Source: Felis catus
Taxonomy: Eukaryota
Reading direction: 5' to 3'
Assembly (NCBI RefSeq): GCF_018350175.1
Contig: NC_058368.1
Location: 55,616,001-55,680,000 of the forward strand
Length of the DNA: 64,000 bases
The notes under the pieces are model-generated. The model worked only from the letters and a program-made list of their open reading frames with translations. It was not told the origin of the DNA and made no database searches. Every line of letters begins with the position of its first letter. The first letter of the stretch is position 1. The translations under genes and the position numbers were made by a program. This document shows positions 51,315 through 63,295 of this stretch, piece by piece.

Positions 51315-51642
51315 CTGCCTAACACACTTATGGTCACATTCACTAATGTGCTTTAAATATATACATTTGGACTGTCTATGTCTCAATTCAAGCTGGAGAA
51401 AGAGATTTGACCAAAACTTCAGCTCCCATGAATATTTTTCTTCAATTATTTACACTAATGAATACATTAAGTTCCCTAACTGTGTTTTTAGTCTGTTGGC
51501 ACTGAGTTAGAACTCCTGCTGTTTTACCTACCTGAATAGCATCTTTTTTTCTGAGCATATATTGGAAAGAAATTTTCTCCAGTTATTTAAATTTTTTCTT
51601 ATACCAAATTCCATTTGATCTCAAGATGTTCTTTGAAATTAC
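51315..51642 (-). pseudogene. Two phase 0-0 pseudo-exons: 51532-51642 (VISKNILRSNGIWYKKKFK*LEKISFQYMLRKKDAIQ) and 51315-51392 (LELRHRQSKCIYLKHISECDHKCVRQ)
   Basis: cag|gtaggt donor; ctctttctccag| and cag|gtaagg; lengths 111 and 78. Confidence 0.6.
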
Positions 51643-52550
51643 CTGTGTGTTGATATTAGTCTTTTTTTTTCTGTTGGACTTTTATGGAGTTATTAAATTC
51701 AAAATACACTTTGTTACAGTTTAGGGCATAAAAGCATGGGCAGAGAAATGGCCAAATGTGAACAATGGATTGTCTTGTTCCAATACCAAGTACATATGTT
51801 TAAAAAGACAAAATATATCATGAGGTAAAAGGAATGATATATAGCATGTATTTCTGATGATAGCTACTTATGCACTTTGGGTTATCTATTTTGTTTTCAT
51901 AAATATAATGGTATAGTTAAATTCTCAATAATTTGTAGTCTCTTCTATGTTTTATTCTTCTTGTAATTTAATCCCAAACCTAAAATCAGATCAGCACAAT
52001 CTCTTCCCAAATATAGTTGTATTAGTTTTCATGAAACAAATTAGCAGCTCAGTTTAGCTGAGTCTTACTGTTTGATCAATTATAATACTAAACTTCATAT
52101 ATGAAGAGTGAATACTTGATATACAAGTTCTAGCTTCATTATCAGTAACTAAGTCTCTGTGTTATACAGTCCTGCTTTACACCATGGATTTACAAATTAT
52201 AGAAAAACCTCTTCTAGTATATATCCTTGCTTATTCAGTCTCATGACATATGCTCTAAATATCAAATGGTATCCAAGAGGGAAAAAATGTACCTATTAAA
52301 TATTGTAATGCTTTCCAAGTATCATGTAAGTCATGGAAAACTTCATGGTAACAGGATACATGTCACATGTATACATGTACATTACAGGGTACATTATATT
52401 CTATACGTATAACAATTATGAGCTTTTATAATGAGGTGTATTTATAACGTTGTGTTCCTTGAAATAAGAATTACTAGTGAGATTTTCATAAGCTTTCTGT
52501 TAATTAAGCACATTACAAACAATTACATGAATAAATTCCATTCAAAACAC

Positions 52551-53096
52551 CTTCTTCTGTATCTGGGGATTTTTCTTTTTTTGAGCCTAATGCTGCTCTT
52601 AACTTTCAGCCAAAGACAATGACTTTCTTTAGTGATAATTAACTTGATCTCGCTTATCTAAACTGTTTTTTTATCTTTTCTTTTAAAATAACACATGCAA
52701 AGTATTTCTCTGAAAGTAAAATCTCTTGCAAATTGAATCTATGACCTGATTTTTCCTCATTAACAAGGTGACTGCCTTAATCCGAACACATTTTACTGTA
52801 ATATTACCTGGTTATGGAATGTATTCTTATTTAGCCATTAAAAGGCCTTTTTATCGTGGTAAGAATACTTAACATGAGTTCTACCCTCTTAACTACTTTC
52901 TAAATGGATGATACAGTATTATCAACTATAGGCACTATGTTGCACAACAGTTCTGTATAACTTATTTATCTTGCATAATTGAAACTTTGTGTACAATTTA
53001 TCACTTATTTTACATATACCAACAAGATATTCGGTTCTTAGTAACAGCTCATTGTTCTCTGCAATCAGTCTTTGAAGATGAGCAAAACTCCGTTTC
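52551..53096 (-). pseudogene. Pseudo-exons 53020-53096 (KRSFAHLQRLIAENNELLLRTEYLV) and ~52551-52807 (GNITVKCVRIKAVTLLMRKNQVIDSICKRFYFQRNTLHVLF*...)
   Basis: Phase-1 junction gives about 66 open codons across the intron, which contains an L1MA-type 3' fragment (~52845-52995). Confidence 0.55.
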
Positions 53097-53201
53097 CTAA
53101 ATAGAGTCCCAGATTATCTATATGGAATAACTTAAAGCTAGGATGATATTCACATATTGACTTTAAATAAAGACCAGGATTATATTATGTATGTTGCAAA
53201 T

Positions 53202-53710
53202 TGTAAAGAGTCTGAGATTTTATGCTTCGTACTAGCCAGCAATCTCATAAGTGAGAACAGAAGACACAAGACTACTGGGTCAGAGATAAAGGACTTTATT
53301 ACTCATTGTATAGTAATTAGAATAAATTTAGAATATTACTGTACCAGTTCCATTGGACCTCAAGTCCTTGGGCTAGAGGGTGGTGATGAGGAGTACAGAA
53401 TGGCCAAGGTCAATACTGTGCATGCAGTTGGTTTGCATCATAGTTGAGGAACCTCAAACTAAAGATTCCAAATCTTTTGTGATGGCCTGTAAACAAACCT
53501 GCCTGACATTTGCCCCAGAGGGACCCATTGTCTTCATTATACTGGAGAATAAATAATTCTTCCGCTCCAGAGGAAACGGTCTATTCAGTCGCATGGGTAT
53601 TCACTGTACAAATTCTTGAAAGACAGAAAGTCTTGAAAAGAACAGTGGTTAGTGCCTTGCTTACCTGACTTGAAGAAACATAAGATACCCAATGAGACCG
53701 GTCTTTGAAC
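53202..53710 (-). mobile_element. Old ERV-type solo LTR (family not assigned)
   Basis: TG start on plus, ctgggtcagagataaaggactttattactca (AATAAA on minus), more GC-rich than flanks. Confidence 0.5.
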
Positions 53711-53830
53711 AGTATGCATGTTTTCTATGCTATCATAGCATAAATTATCTCATACTGTAACTGTTGTTTCTTCTTAATACTAATAGTTGTCTATTTATTG
53801 ATTCTAATCCTGAGCGTTTAGAACACAATA

Positions 53831-54495
53831 ATTTATTTTTATTTATTTTTTTATTTTTCTTTTTTTTAATGAAATTTATTGTCAAATTGGTTTCCATACA
53901 ACACCCAGTGCTCATCCCAAAAAATGCCTCTTCAATACCCATCACCTCCCCTCCTCTCCCTCTCACCCCCCATCAACCCTCAGTTTGTTGTCAGTTTTTA
54001 GGAGTCTCTTATGCTTTGGCTCTCTCCCACTCTAACCTCTTTTTTTTTTCCTTCCCCTCCCCCATGGGCTTCTGTGAAGTTTCTCAGGATCCACATAAGA
54101 GTGAAAACATATGGTATCTGTCTTTCTCTGTATGGCTTATTTCACTTAACATCACACTCTCCAGTTCCATCCACGTTGCTACAAAGGGCCATATTTCATT
54201 CTTTCTCATTGCCACGTAGTACTCCATTGTGTATATAAACCACAATCTCTTTATCCATTCATCAGTTGATGGACATTTAGGCTCTTTCCATAATTTGGCT
54301 ATTGTTGAGAGTGCTGCTATAAACATTGGGGTACAAGTGCCCCTATGCATCAGTACTCCTGTATCCCTTGGGTAAATTCCTAGCAGTGCTACTGCTGGGT
54401 CATAGGGTAGGTCTATTTTTAATTTTTTGAGGAACCTCCACACTGTTTTCCAGAGCAGCTGCACCAGTTTGCATTCCCACCAACAGTGCAAGAGG
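53831..54495 (-). mobile_element. 5'-truncated young felid L1
   Basis: ORF2 C-terminal [10 protein letters not shown]..., 3'UTR, long A-rich tail; TSD tagaacacaata. Confidence 0.96.
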
Positions 54496-55236
54496 TAGAA
54501 CACAATATTTTAAAGTAAGTGACCAATGTTATTAAATGAGTAAATGCAATTTTATCTAGTCAAATTAAAATGAGGAGTAGGAATATAGTAATTTCAGAGT
54601 CCTCGTGGTAAAGTAGCCTGACTCCCTTTGTCTAGAACCAGTTCTATTTTGGCAATAAAGATAAATACAAATGAATTTAACTTGTTACAATGAAAGTTGT
54701 GAATATGAACAAACTTGAATTTAGAAACAGCAAAAGGCCATGCAGTTCTGAGAGCACATAAGTTGTACATCCTGTGGCTTTTTTAGTTCTGAACAAAGTG
54801 GTTTGTGAAAGGGATTGGTAGCTGGTTGAGTGCATTGAATTCTAATGACAAGAAGATATCATCAATTCATTTCCTGACTTTCAAGAACGAGAGGGAGCAT
54901 ACAAGTATTACAAATAACTAAACCATATCTCCTCAGCTCAGGGAACAGAGCTCTTCACAGTCTGACCTTAACCTATCCTTATAGACTTGCCTTCCATAAT
55001 TTTCTCTGTCTAATAATCAAACTGGAGTACATGCATTACTGATATAATATCCTGCTTCTGTGGCCTGATTCAGGATTTTTTACTAAACAAATGAGCCCTT
55101 CTGTCTCCAACAGGCTCAATACTCTTCAAGGCTTAGTTAGAAGTAAATTTTCTTCATTCTAACTTCTCTAGAATTGGTAGATGAGCATCTCTTATGGATA
55201 TATCATTCCTTTTTGAATTATAAATATGTGTCATAT

Positions 55237-55434
55237 CTTTTTTAAAAATGTTTATTTTGAGAGAGAGTGCAAGTGGACGAGAGGCAGAGATTGAGGGAGA
55301 GAGAGAATCCCAAGCAGGCCCTGCACTGTCAGTGCAGAGCCCCTTGCGATGCTCCATTTCATGAACTGTGAGATCATGACCAGAGCCAAAATAAAGAGTC
55401 TCATGCTTAACTGACTGAGCCACCCAGGTGACCC
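55237..55434 (-). mobile_element. Can-SINE
   Basis: Flanking tgtcatat duplication. Confidence 0.92.
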
Positions 55435-56734
55435 TATATGTCATATATTTATACTAGTTGCACATAGTAGTGTTGTAAAAAATCCATGGTGACAACTCTA
55501 ATGAAGCTGTGTTCCACTCCAAAGTATGTTCTTTCTTCCACCTAGAATAACACTGGAAATAAGTGTTCTACTTGCAAGTTAATGTAAAGAGTCTTCAGTT
55601 CCCATGAATCCTAAATGTAGAGAAACAAGATTCGTGGGAAGCTAGAATATAAACAGTATAAATTTAGCAATATTATCCTCCAAACTTTGTATGAATCCAT
55701 TTAAAAGCAACACTTTTATTTAGAATTGTATCTAGAAAGAACAAGGTCAGTGATTTTTATAAGGTAATAATCATTTCAAAAATGGCAAATATGCATATAA
55801 ACAATTGAAGGCAATGGATTAGTCCTACCAGATATGTGAAAATATTTATAAAGCACAATCATTTAAAATGCTAAATGGCATTTAAAATTCTTAAAATCAG
55901 TATATTATTCACTAGATCAATTAATAGAAATGAGCATATAGATGTATATATTGTATAATGTGCCTCTACGAATGAAATATTTGTGTATAACAAAGGTGTA
56001 TTTCTGGCCAATTAATATTAAATGGATTGTTAAGTTAGTATTTGAGACCTATAGAAAACCACTGCTAAAAAATTAAAGTCATAAAATTTTTTATCATAAA
56101 ATAAATTCCAGATGAATAATACTTTTAAATAGAAGAAAAAAGTCTTTTTTAAGCAAGCCACATAGTCTGTAATTGAAATGAAGAAAAGAAAACATGTGTA
56201 TAACATATACACACTCAAAAACAAACATTTCATGGGGAAAATACCATAAAATCAGAAATAATTATAAGTAGTGACAGCATATTTAAAATGCATGCTAAAA
56301 GAGTAAATTCCTTTTTTTGTTATGACAGATAATACAGCATAAACAATTAAAATGGATTGGGCATATTCAATCTGAAGATAACCAAAGCATATTAGAATAT
56401 ATTTAGCCCATTAATTGACAAAAAAAAAATTGAGCAGTATTTAGAACTGTTAACATTATAAGGAAAATGTATACAGTACTGGGTAAGACTTACAATTTCT
56501 GGATATGTGTGTGTGTCTATTTGTGCATGAATGGGAACTAATTAAATATAAAAAATAGTTTTAGCAATTTATAGATGCTTATGTTTACCTAACCTTAATA
56601 TTATTTCACTTATTTTCACAACAACTATTCTGACTGAACTTAGCAGTATTCCAAAAAATTACAGAGTAGAAAACCAAGTCACCTAGAGATTAAATAGCTT
56701 GCTCAAGAACTAAGCTAAGAAATAGTGAAACTGG

Positions 56735-56956
56735 GGGGCGCCTGGGTGACTCAGTCGGTTGAGCGTCCGACCTCGGCTCAGGTCATGATCTCGCGGTCAG
56801 TGAGTTCGAGCCCCGCGTCAGGCTCTGTGTTGACAGCTCAGAGCCTGGAGCCTGTTTCCGATTCTGTGTCTCCCTCTCTCTCTGACCCTCCCCCGTTCAT
56901 GCTCTGTCTCTCTATGTCTCAAAAATAAAATAAATGTTAAAAAAAATTAAAAAAAA
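56735..56956 (+). mobile_element. SINEC_Fc-type SINE inserted in a MIR-like fragment
   Basis: 18-bp TSD aagaaatagtgaaactgg. Confidence 0.95.
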
Positions 56957-57150
56957 AAGAAATAGTGAAACTGGTAAGAAAACTCATACAATCTGGTTCC
57001 TGATTTCCTGCTCCCTTTTATTATATTTTATTGCCCCTTAAGGTACATCAAAAACAATATACTAATATTCATCACTAAAAGTAATAGACTCCTGAGTTAA
57101 TCACATGCACATGCACACAGAGCAAGGTATACAACCTCTGTTTAAAAATG

Positions 57151-57151
<1 letters not shown>

Positions 57152-57200
<49 letters not shown>
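57152..57200. repeat. (GT)n microsatellite
   Basis: Direct observation. Confidence 0.99.
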
Positions 57201-57201
<1 letters not shown>

Positions 57202-57717
57202 GGGTGTGTACTTTCTCTAGAAGGATATATAATCAGTTACATAGTTTGTAACTCTGAGGAGGAAGCTGAGATGACTAGGTACCAGAGGAGAATAAGTGAG
57301 AAATAAAATATTGTCTACACTGTTACAGTGTACTTATTTTTAACTAAGTGGATATGTGAACTTATCTTGAAAATGTGCACACTACAAATATGCAATAAAA
57401 AAGGCAACTCAGAGAACACAATTTTAATAAAATAGTCCATATCTTGGTGGCAACTTATGATTAAATGTGAAAAAATATGGGAATATAACTGGCTATTTGC
57501 ATTTAGATTTTCTTTAAATGTTTCTTTAAGCTACATTTAAAGTGTAAAGCTTTACATTTTGTTAAATCATTACCAATAAAGAAACATAAGCTGAATAATG
57601 AAACATGTACTCATTAGAGTTATGCATATAAGGAAGAGTGGGAGAAGCATTGTCCTTAAGTGGGATAGAATCAACTTACTGGTTGTTCATTATATCAGAA
57701 ATGGAAAATGTAGCTTT

Positions 57718-58262
57718 CTTACGTGAAAGGTATCATGTAGTATTTGTCCTTCCATGTCTGGCTTATTTCACAATAAGCTATCTCCTAGATTCATCCATGT
57801 TGCTATAAATGGAAACCTTTTCTTCTCTTTAAAGGCTGACTCATAATCTATTATGTATATGTCATATTTTGTTCATATAAAGTAGTAACTCATAGAAGCA
57901 GAGTATAGTAGTGATTATCAGGGGCTGAGAAGAGGGGGATTCGTTTAAGTGTACAAATTATATAATATGAATTAGTCCTAGAGATCTAGTGTGCAGGATA
58001 GTACCTGTAGTTAATCATATTGTATACTTAAAATTTTTGCTAAGTGGATAGATTTAATTTTAAGTATTTTTTATCAATAATAATAATAAAGAGTGCAGAA
58101 GGGAACTTTTGGAAGTGATGAAAATGTTTGTAGCATAGATTGTGGTGATTGTGGTAAAGTATTCCTGAGATACTTATCTCCAAACTCGTCAAGTTGTATA
58201 TATTAAATATGAACAGCGTTTTTGTATGTCAGTCATCCTTCAGTACAAAAGCGTTTTTTTTA
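57718..58262 (+). mobile_element. Old L1MA/MB-type 3' end with a short 5' inversion (57718-57875 in minus orientation)
   Basis: Antisense gtatttgtccttc...tggcttatttca joined to sense aactcatagaagcagag...; degenerate gaaaat(g/a)tag flanks. Confidence 0.65.
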
Positions 58263-58540
58263 ATTGAGAAAATATAGAGTTTAATAGTTAAATTTGAATT
58301 TCAAGAAGAATTAGAAGTCAAGACTTGAGTTTCAGGGCATTAGCATATCCCAGACCTAAGCCTAACAGAGGAAACATTCAGATCTGTGACTGAGCAATTC
58401 ATTGCTACAAGAGCCAACAAGGAGCCTACAAGAGTCAACTCAGGAGTTTAGTGCAATTATGATATCCCAGGATCAATAAAAATATGTTTTAGCTATTATC
58501 TTATGCTGCAACTGTAGGTTACTTTTTCTATATTCCCTAC

Positions 58541-58771
58541 CCTGGCATGCTGGTGCCAAGGAAGATACATGGCTGTGTGTAATAAACTTGAGAATTCTTC
58601 AAGCTTTCATTGGTATTGGTTGCATGTTCTCTAATCCAACATAAATATCTAACTGAGCTTCTAACATTCGCAGGATGCCTAATTTGGTTCTGCATGACGG
58701 TGGTCAGAAACCCCTGACTCTGATTCCTCCCTAACTAGTTAGGAGGATATGCAAAATATATCTGGCCAGGG
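58541..58771 (-). pseudogene. Pseudo-exon, 231 nt, phase 2-2: PGQIYFAYPPN*LGRNQSQGFLTTVMQNQIRHPANVRSSVRYLCWIREHATNTNESLKNSQVYYTQPCIFLGTSMP
   Basis: ctgattttag| acceptor, |gtaggg donor, one stop in 76 codons; phase matches 53096. Confidence 0.55.
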
Positions 58772-59130
58772 CTAAAATCAGAGCTGTATCAATCACATTG
58801 TGACTTAAAGAGAATTCTAAAATTTTGGCATAAAGTAGAATCACAAAATTAATTGCTTTCCCATAAATCAGGGGTCTCAAACTCAAATGCAGGTAACAAA
58901 ACAAGGCAGGAAAGATAATTTAGCAGTCAGTCTGTCAAAAGAAGCTGATATTGTTCAGTTCCAGCCAAGAATACAGGTCCAAAGTTGCAAGATTGCCTTT
59001 TGTTTGCTTGCTTTGTTTCATTTTTGTTCTTTGTAGAGGAGCGGTTGTGTGTTTGTTTTTTAAGACACTTGAGCCTCACCAATCACAAAAAATATTAGCA
59101 GTAATCTTCAATTCTAATTTGGCTACTCAA

Positions 59131-59297
59131 GGAGTGCTTCTAAAATGTCAGTGACCACATAAATTACCTAAAAATTTTGCTAAAATGCAGACTGTGATTC
59201 AGTAGCTCTGGGGAAGTAATAAGACTCTGCATTTCCTACAAGCTACAACTTGATACCAATGTTGCTTGGCTCATGGGTTACACTTAGAGTAGCAAAA
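59131..59297. mobile_element. MER5A-like hAT-Charlie MITE
   Basis: aaaatgcagactgtgattcagtag...ctgcatttc...acacttagagtagca. Confidence 0.75.
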
Positions 59298-59361
59298 TAG
59301 TAATTCATCCAGAATTAATAAAACTTTATATTCACTTCCCAGTTTTAAAATGTAAGCTGCT

Positions 59362-59434
59362 CTACTCCTGAAACTAATATTAACTATATGCTAACTAATT
59401 GGAATTTAAATAAAAAATTTGAAATAAAAAAAAA
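59362..59434 (+). mobile_element. Very short L1 3'-tail insertion
   Basis: ctcctgaaactaatat...ggaatttaaataaaaa plus polyA; TSD taaaa(t/g)gtaagct(g/a)ct. Confidence 0.8.
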
Positions 59435-59494
59435 TAAAAGGTAAGCTACTAAATGACTAAAGGAATATCTGTTTGTTTAAAGATAAGGAAACCA

Positions 59495-59719
59495 GGGGCG
59501 CCTGGGTGGCTCAGTCGGTTAAGCGTCCGACTTCAGCCCGCATCACGATCTCGCGGTCCGTGAGTTCGAGCCCCGCGTCAGGCTCTGGGCTGATGGCTCA
59601 GAGCCTGGAGCCTGTTTCCGATTCTGTGTCTCCCTCTCTCTCTGCCCCTCCCTCCCCCCCGCCCCCCTTCATGCTCTGTCTCTCTCTGTCCCAAAAATAA
59701 AATAACTCGTTAAAAAAAA
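59495..59719 (+). mobile_element. Young SINEC_Fc-type SINE
   Basis: CpG-rich; TSD aaggaaac(c/t)ag. Confidence 0.96.
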
Positions 59720-59909
59720 AAGGAAACTAGAAAGGAATTTATTTCCTAGTAACTCAGCTAAATATGTTATATTCTTATTGAATATTTATTTACAAAGTAT
59801 ATATTTATAAAATAATATATTTTACTTCTGATATGTCAATATTTTGTGACCAAAATTCAACCTTAGATTTATATGGATTTTTTTAAAACACACATTGCTC
59901 AACACATGA

Positions 59910-60372
59910 CCAAATTTTTTTTTTAAAAACAGGTTTTTTTCGGAGGAGAGGTGTCTGATACAAGTAAACCACATAGCCCTAGGTAATGTGTTAAACTGGA
60001 ATCTGTTTCAAATCAGTAATCACACAAGCAGTTGTTGCTGAGGGAGGGGATATTTTTTCCAGTGCTCAGATATCTTATTTCCCAAGAGAGTTTTTTGTAG
60101 GATAGTTGAACATCAAAGACAGCAGTGAGACCAAGGTCATTAAAATTACTTGTTGCAAATAAAAATGGCTTGTGAGCATAACACGTTCTTTTTATATTTA
60201 ACTTGCATTCATGCTTCAGAGACTATGTTACAGTGTAATTTGGGAGTCTCAGCTGTCCCATTTAGGAGGTCCACTGTTCAATTTTGTAAATCAATGAGTT
60301 TTCCTAAATGTTGATTGCAATACTCTAGGTTAGCATATGACTGCAAAATGATCATTTCTACATTTTGCATTT
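59910..60372 (-). pseudogene. Candidate large frameshifted pseudo-exon: MQNVEMIILQSYANLEYCNQHLGKLIDLQN* / KRTCYAHKPFLFATSNFNDLGLTAVFDVQLSYKKLSWEIRYLSTGKNIPSL
   Basis: tttattttag| acceptor; a roughly 60-codon open stretch; 3' boundary uncertain. Confidence 0.4.
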
Positions 60373-60499
60373 CTAAAATAAATGAATCCACTGGTTTCTC
60401 TTTTTATAACTATTAACTGCTTCCCCTTACTGATTGTATGATGTGCATATGGTTAGGCAAGTTTTGAAGGAAATGATTTTTGCCTGAGTGTCACTATTT

Positions 60500-60700
60500 T
60501 TTAAAATAATTTTTTAATGTTTACTTTATTTTTGAGACAGAGAACGGGGAGGGCCAGAGAGAGGGAGACACAGAATCTGAAGCAGGCTCCAGGTTCCGAG
60601 TTGTCAGCACAGAGCCTGACGCGGGGCTTGAACTCACAGACCGTGAGATCATAACCTGAGCTGAAGTCGGATGCTTAACCAACTGAGCCACCCAAGCGCC
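60500..60700 (-). mobile_element. Can-SINE
   Basis: TSD cctgagtg..actattt. Confidence 0.94.
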
Positions 60701-61015
60701 CCTGAGTGATACTATTTAATTACACTTTAAAAGCATGCTCCTTTCTTAAGAGTCACATTCATTGCTAAATCTTCTAGCTTACTTTCAGCTTTTAAGAAAT
60801 TAATACTGAAGTATGAGCAGATAATGATTATATAGAGTCCTAAGTAAACATGCTTGGAAATAAGGATTGTTTGAATACTGAAAAGCTTTTATGACCCACT
60901 GGATTAGATATTAATGCTTGTCATCATTTTAGATGCTATGCCTAAAATGAGGTGAGTGTATCAGGAAAAAGAAGTCATGAAAGTAGGATAATACTTAAGA
61001 CCAGAGAGTATTTAC

Positions 61016-61096
61016 CTTGTGAAACTGCCACAAGAATTCTCCATCTATGTCGTGTGGAGCAGTGTCAACCCATTTCGTTTGTTTTATTATGTCAAA
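61016..61096 (-). pseudogene. Exon-like segment, 81 nt, phase 0-0, open: FDIIKQTKWVDTAPHDIDGEFLWQFHK
   Basis: ctaactag| acceptor after a T-rich tract, aag|gtaaat donor. Confidence 0.55.
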
Positions 61097-61881
61097 CTAG
61101 TTAGACTTTAAAAACAAAATCAAGATTAAAATTAACATACCAAGTTTACACTTAACCATTTAAATATAACAAAATTGCCAGCTCATATTCATGGCTTTAG
61201 TTGCTGTGTGGTGAAAGCCTTTGGGATATTTACAAGAATTAAAATTTAAGATACAAATACAGATGAAAATTTTAAAGTGGGTAATATATGTTGCATAAGT
61301 AACATAGTTTGTATTGCTTAAATGTGACCTTATGCAAGTAATACAGCATTATCTATGTATTTTAATCTGAAAGTGACGGCAGTACTAAGCATCATCCCTT
61401 TGGATTGTTTTGAGGATTGAATAGAGAATACATAAAGAGAATCTTGCACTGTATGTCATGTATTATCATTGTTACTATGTAACAGGTCTCAAGGTAAGTA
61501 CTTTCTTTACATTATGATATATATAATGTATTTATATATTTACATATAAGTATGTATTTGTAGTATAGATAATAGATTGTATTTAATCTTTTTCTTTATA
61601 GAAGAAGACATTGCATATCCATTAAATATCTTGCTCGGGAAAAATAAATAAGTGGTAGAAGTACTCTCATGTTATTATTACTATAATTATAGCTTTTAGA
61701 TATATATTAATTTATTCAGCATTCAGCGACTACTGAGTGATTATTATGGGCTTGGTGCTGCTTATCTCAGTGCTTGAAATATATCAGTGATCTGAGCCAT
61801 TGTGTTGCTTATATACTGGTAAGGGAAGATAGATACCTAATAGTCAGTGTAATACAATGACACGATACATTGATTTTTACA

Positions 61882-62320
61882 TGTATTAGTTACTTGGTGG
61901 CAGACATTTATGAACTGATTCCACTGTCCCCTTCAGCCTTGTGAGCTTCTGATTCAGTTCAACCAGTGGGCAGCTCCTGAAGAAAGTAGGAAAAATGGGA
62001 AATAGATAAGGGTGTTCATTCCTTCAGATCTTCCCTCTAGATCAAGCTCTTTAGTGTGGGCTGTGTCCCTTGACCAATGGTCACTAACTACATCTACCAA
62101 CACTACTTCTACTACTTCCTTCTGTTCTTTCAATTTTTTATAACTATTCTCTTATCCTGTGCTTCTGGAACTATTATTGATTGCAACAATCTGGTTCTGT
62201 GCCATACCTTATAGTTCTCATCTCAAATACCTTTGTAAATAGTACTTGCATGAAATCCCTCTCCAATAATATAATCCAATAATATGACATGTTTTTTGTG
62301 TTTAGGGTCCTGATTAATTC
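61882..62320 (+). mobile_element. LTR33/LTR16-like ERVL LTR inserted within an L2 (~61710-62820)
   Basis: acctttgtaaatagt...gggtcctgattaat 3' motif; L2-like flanks. Confidence 0.5.
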
Positions 62321-63019
62321 TAAAATGGAGGAAGTAAGTACTATGGAAAAAAAAAAGAATGAAAAAGTACAGAAAGTTAAAGCTAATAGAGTTCTGGGGC
62401 CAGGCTACAGATTTAAATAAGTAGTTGAGATAAGTCTCTTTGATAGAATGGTTTATATGCAAAAATATGAGAAAGATGAGGGAGTTAGTTTTTTGGCTAT
62501 CTTGCTTGTGAAAGACTATTTCAGGCACAGTGAACAGTTAGTGAAAGGGTCCTGATCTGGGAGTGGTGATGGAAAACTAGAGGACCAATGGTGTTTGGAA
62601 GTTAGAGAGGTGATAGGAAGTCATATTATTTACAACTATGGATGCCATTTTTACAAATTTGGTTTTTACTCTGAAGATAATTAGAGATATGTAGGGTTTC
62701 AACCAGTGAGTAGTATGAATTGACTTAAGTGTTTAAAAGATCACTCTGACTTCTTTATTATGAGCCCACTGTAGGAGAACTAAGGTAGAAGCATAGTGAC
62801 CTGTTGGGAAGCTATGATATAAATTAGAATTTATAGAAGTAAAAAATAATTTCACTTTAATCCTGCAAAGTTTCAAGTTTTTACTTTCAGTTATATTTTA
62901 CTAGTGGCAACAAATGGCAATGTTAAAAATAAAGCCATAGTGAAAATGCTAATAGCAGATAATCAGGACTGTGTATGCTAAATTGACCTCTACTTCTTGA
63001 AGCAGTGTCATACACACAG

Positions 63020-63020
63020 A

Positions 63021-63050
<30 letters not shown>
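63020..63050. repeat. (GATA)n microsatellite
   Basis: Direct observation. Confidence 0.98.
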
Positions 63051-63051
<1 letters not shown>

Positions 63052-63237
63052 TTTGTGTAAGGATATTTCCTTTTATCTATTAGAAGATTAAATATATGAT
63101 TCAGCATGTATTGAATCATTGTGGACATTTGTGTAATAACAAAAAATGACTGTTTTGCAGCTGGATACATGTTCACATTTTAATATGTTGATCCAGTCGA
63201 GGATATAACAGATAACAAAGGAGATTTAAAAGGATGA

Positions 63238-63295
63238 TGTTCACCTGAAACTAATAAAACACTGTATGTTAATTATGCTTCAGTAAAAATAAAAT
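63238..63295 (+). mobile_element. Very short L1 3'-tail insertion
   Basis: cacctgaaactaata...ctgtatgttaa plus A-rich tail; TSD aaaggatga. Confidence 0.75.

Noticed and set aside
60783..60941. 159-nt segment with good minus-strand splice sites
   Set aside because: About six stops in the phase-matched frame; may be a heavily decayed exon but is not listed as a feature.
30..61096. Naming the fossil gene (DH/RhoGEF-like VGSIF...FRKFL, MORN-like TYQGNW near 190, vitellogenin or apolipoprotein-like)
   Set aside because: Only short, mis-spaced motif resemblances; not supportable without a database search.
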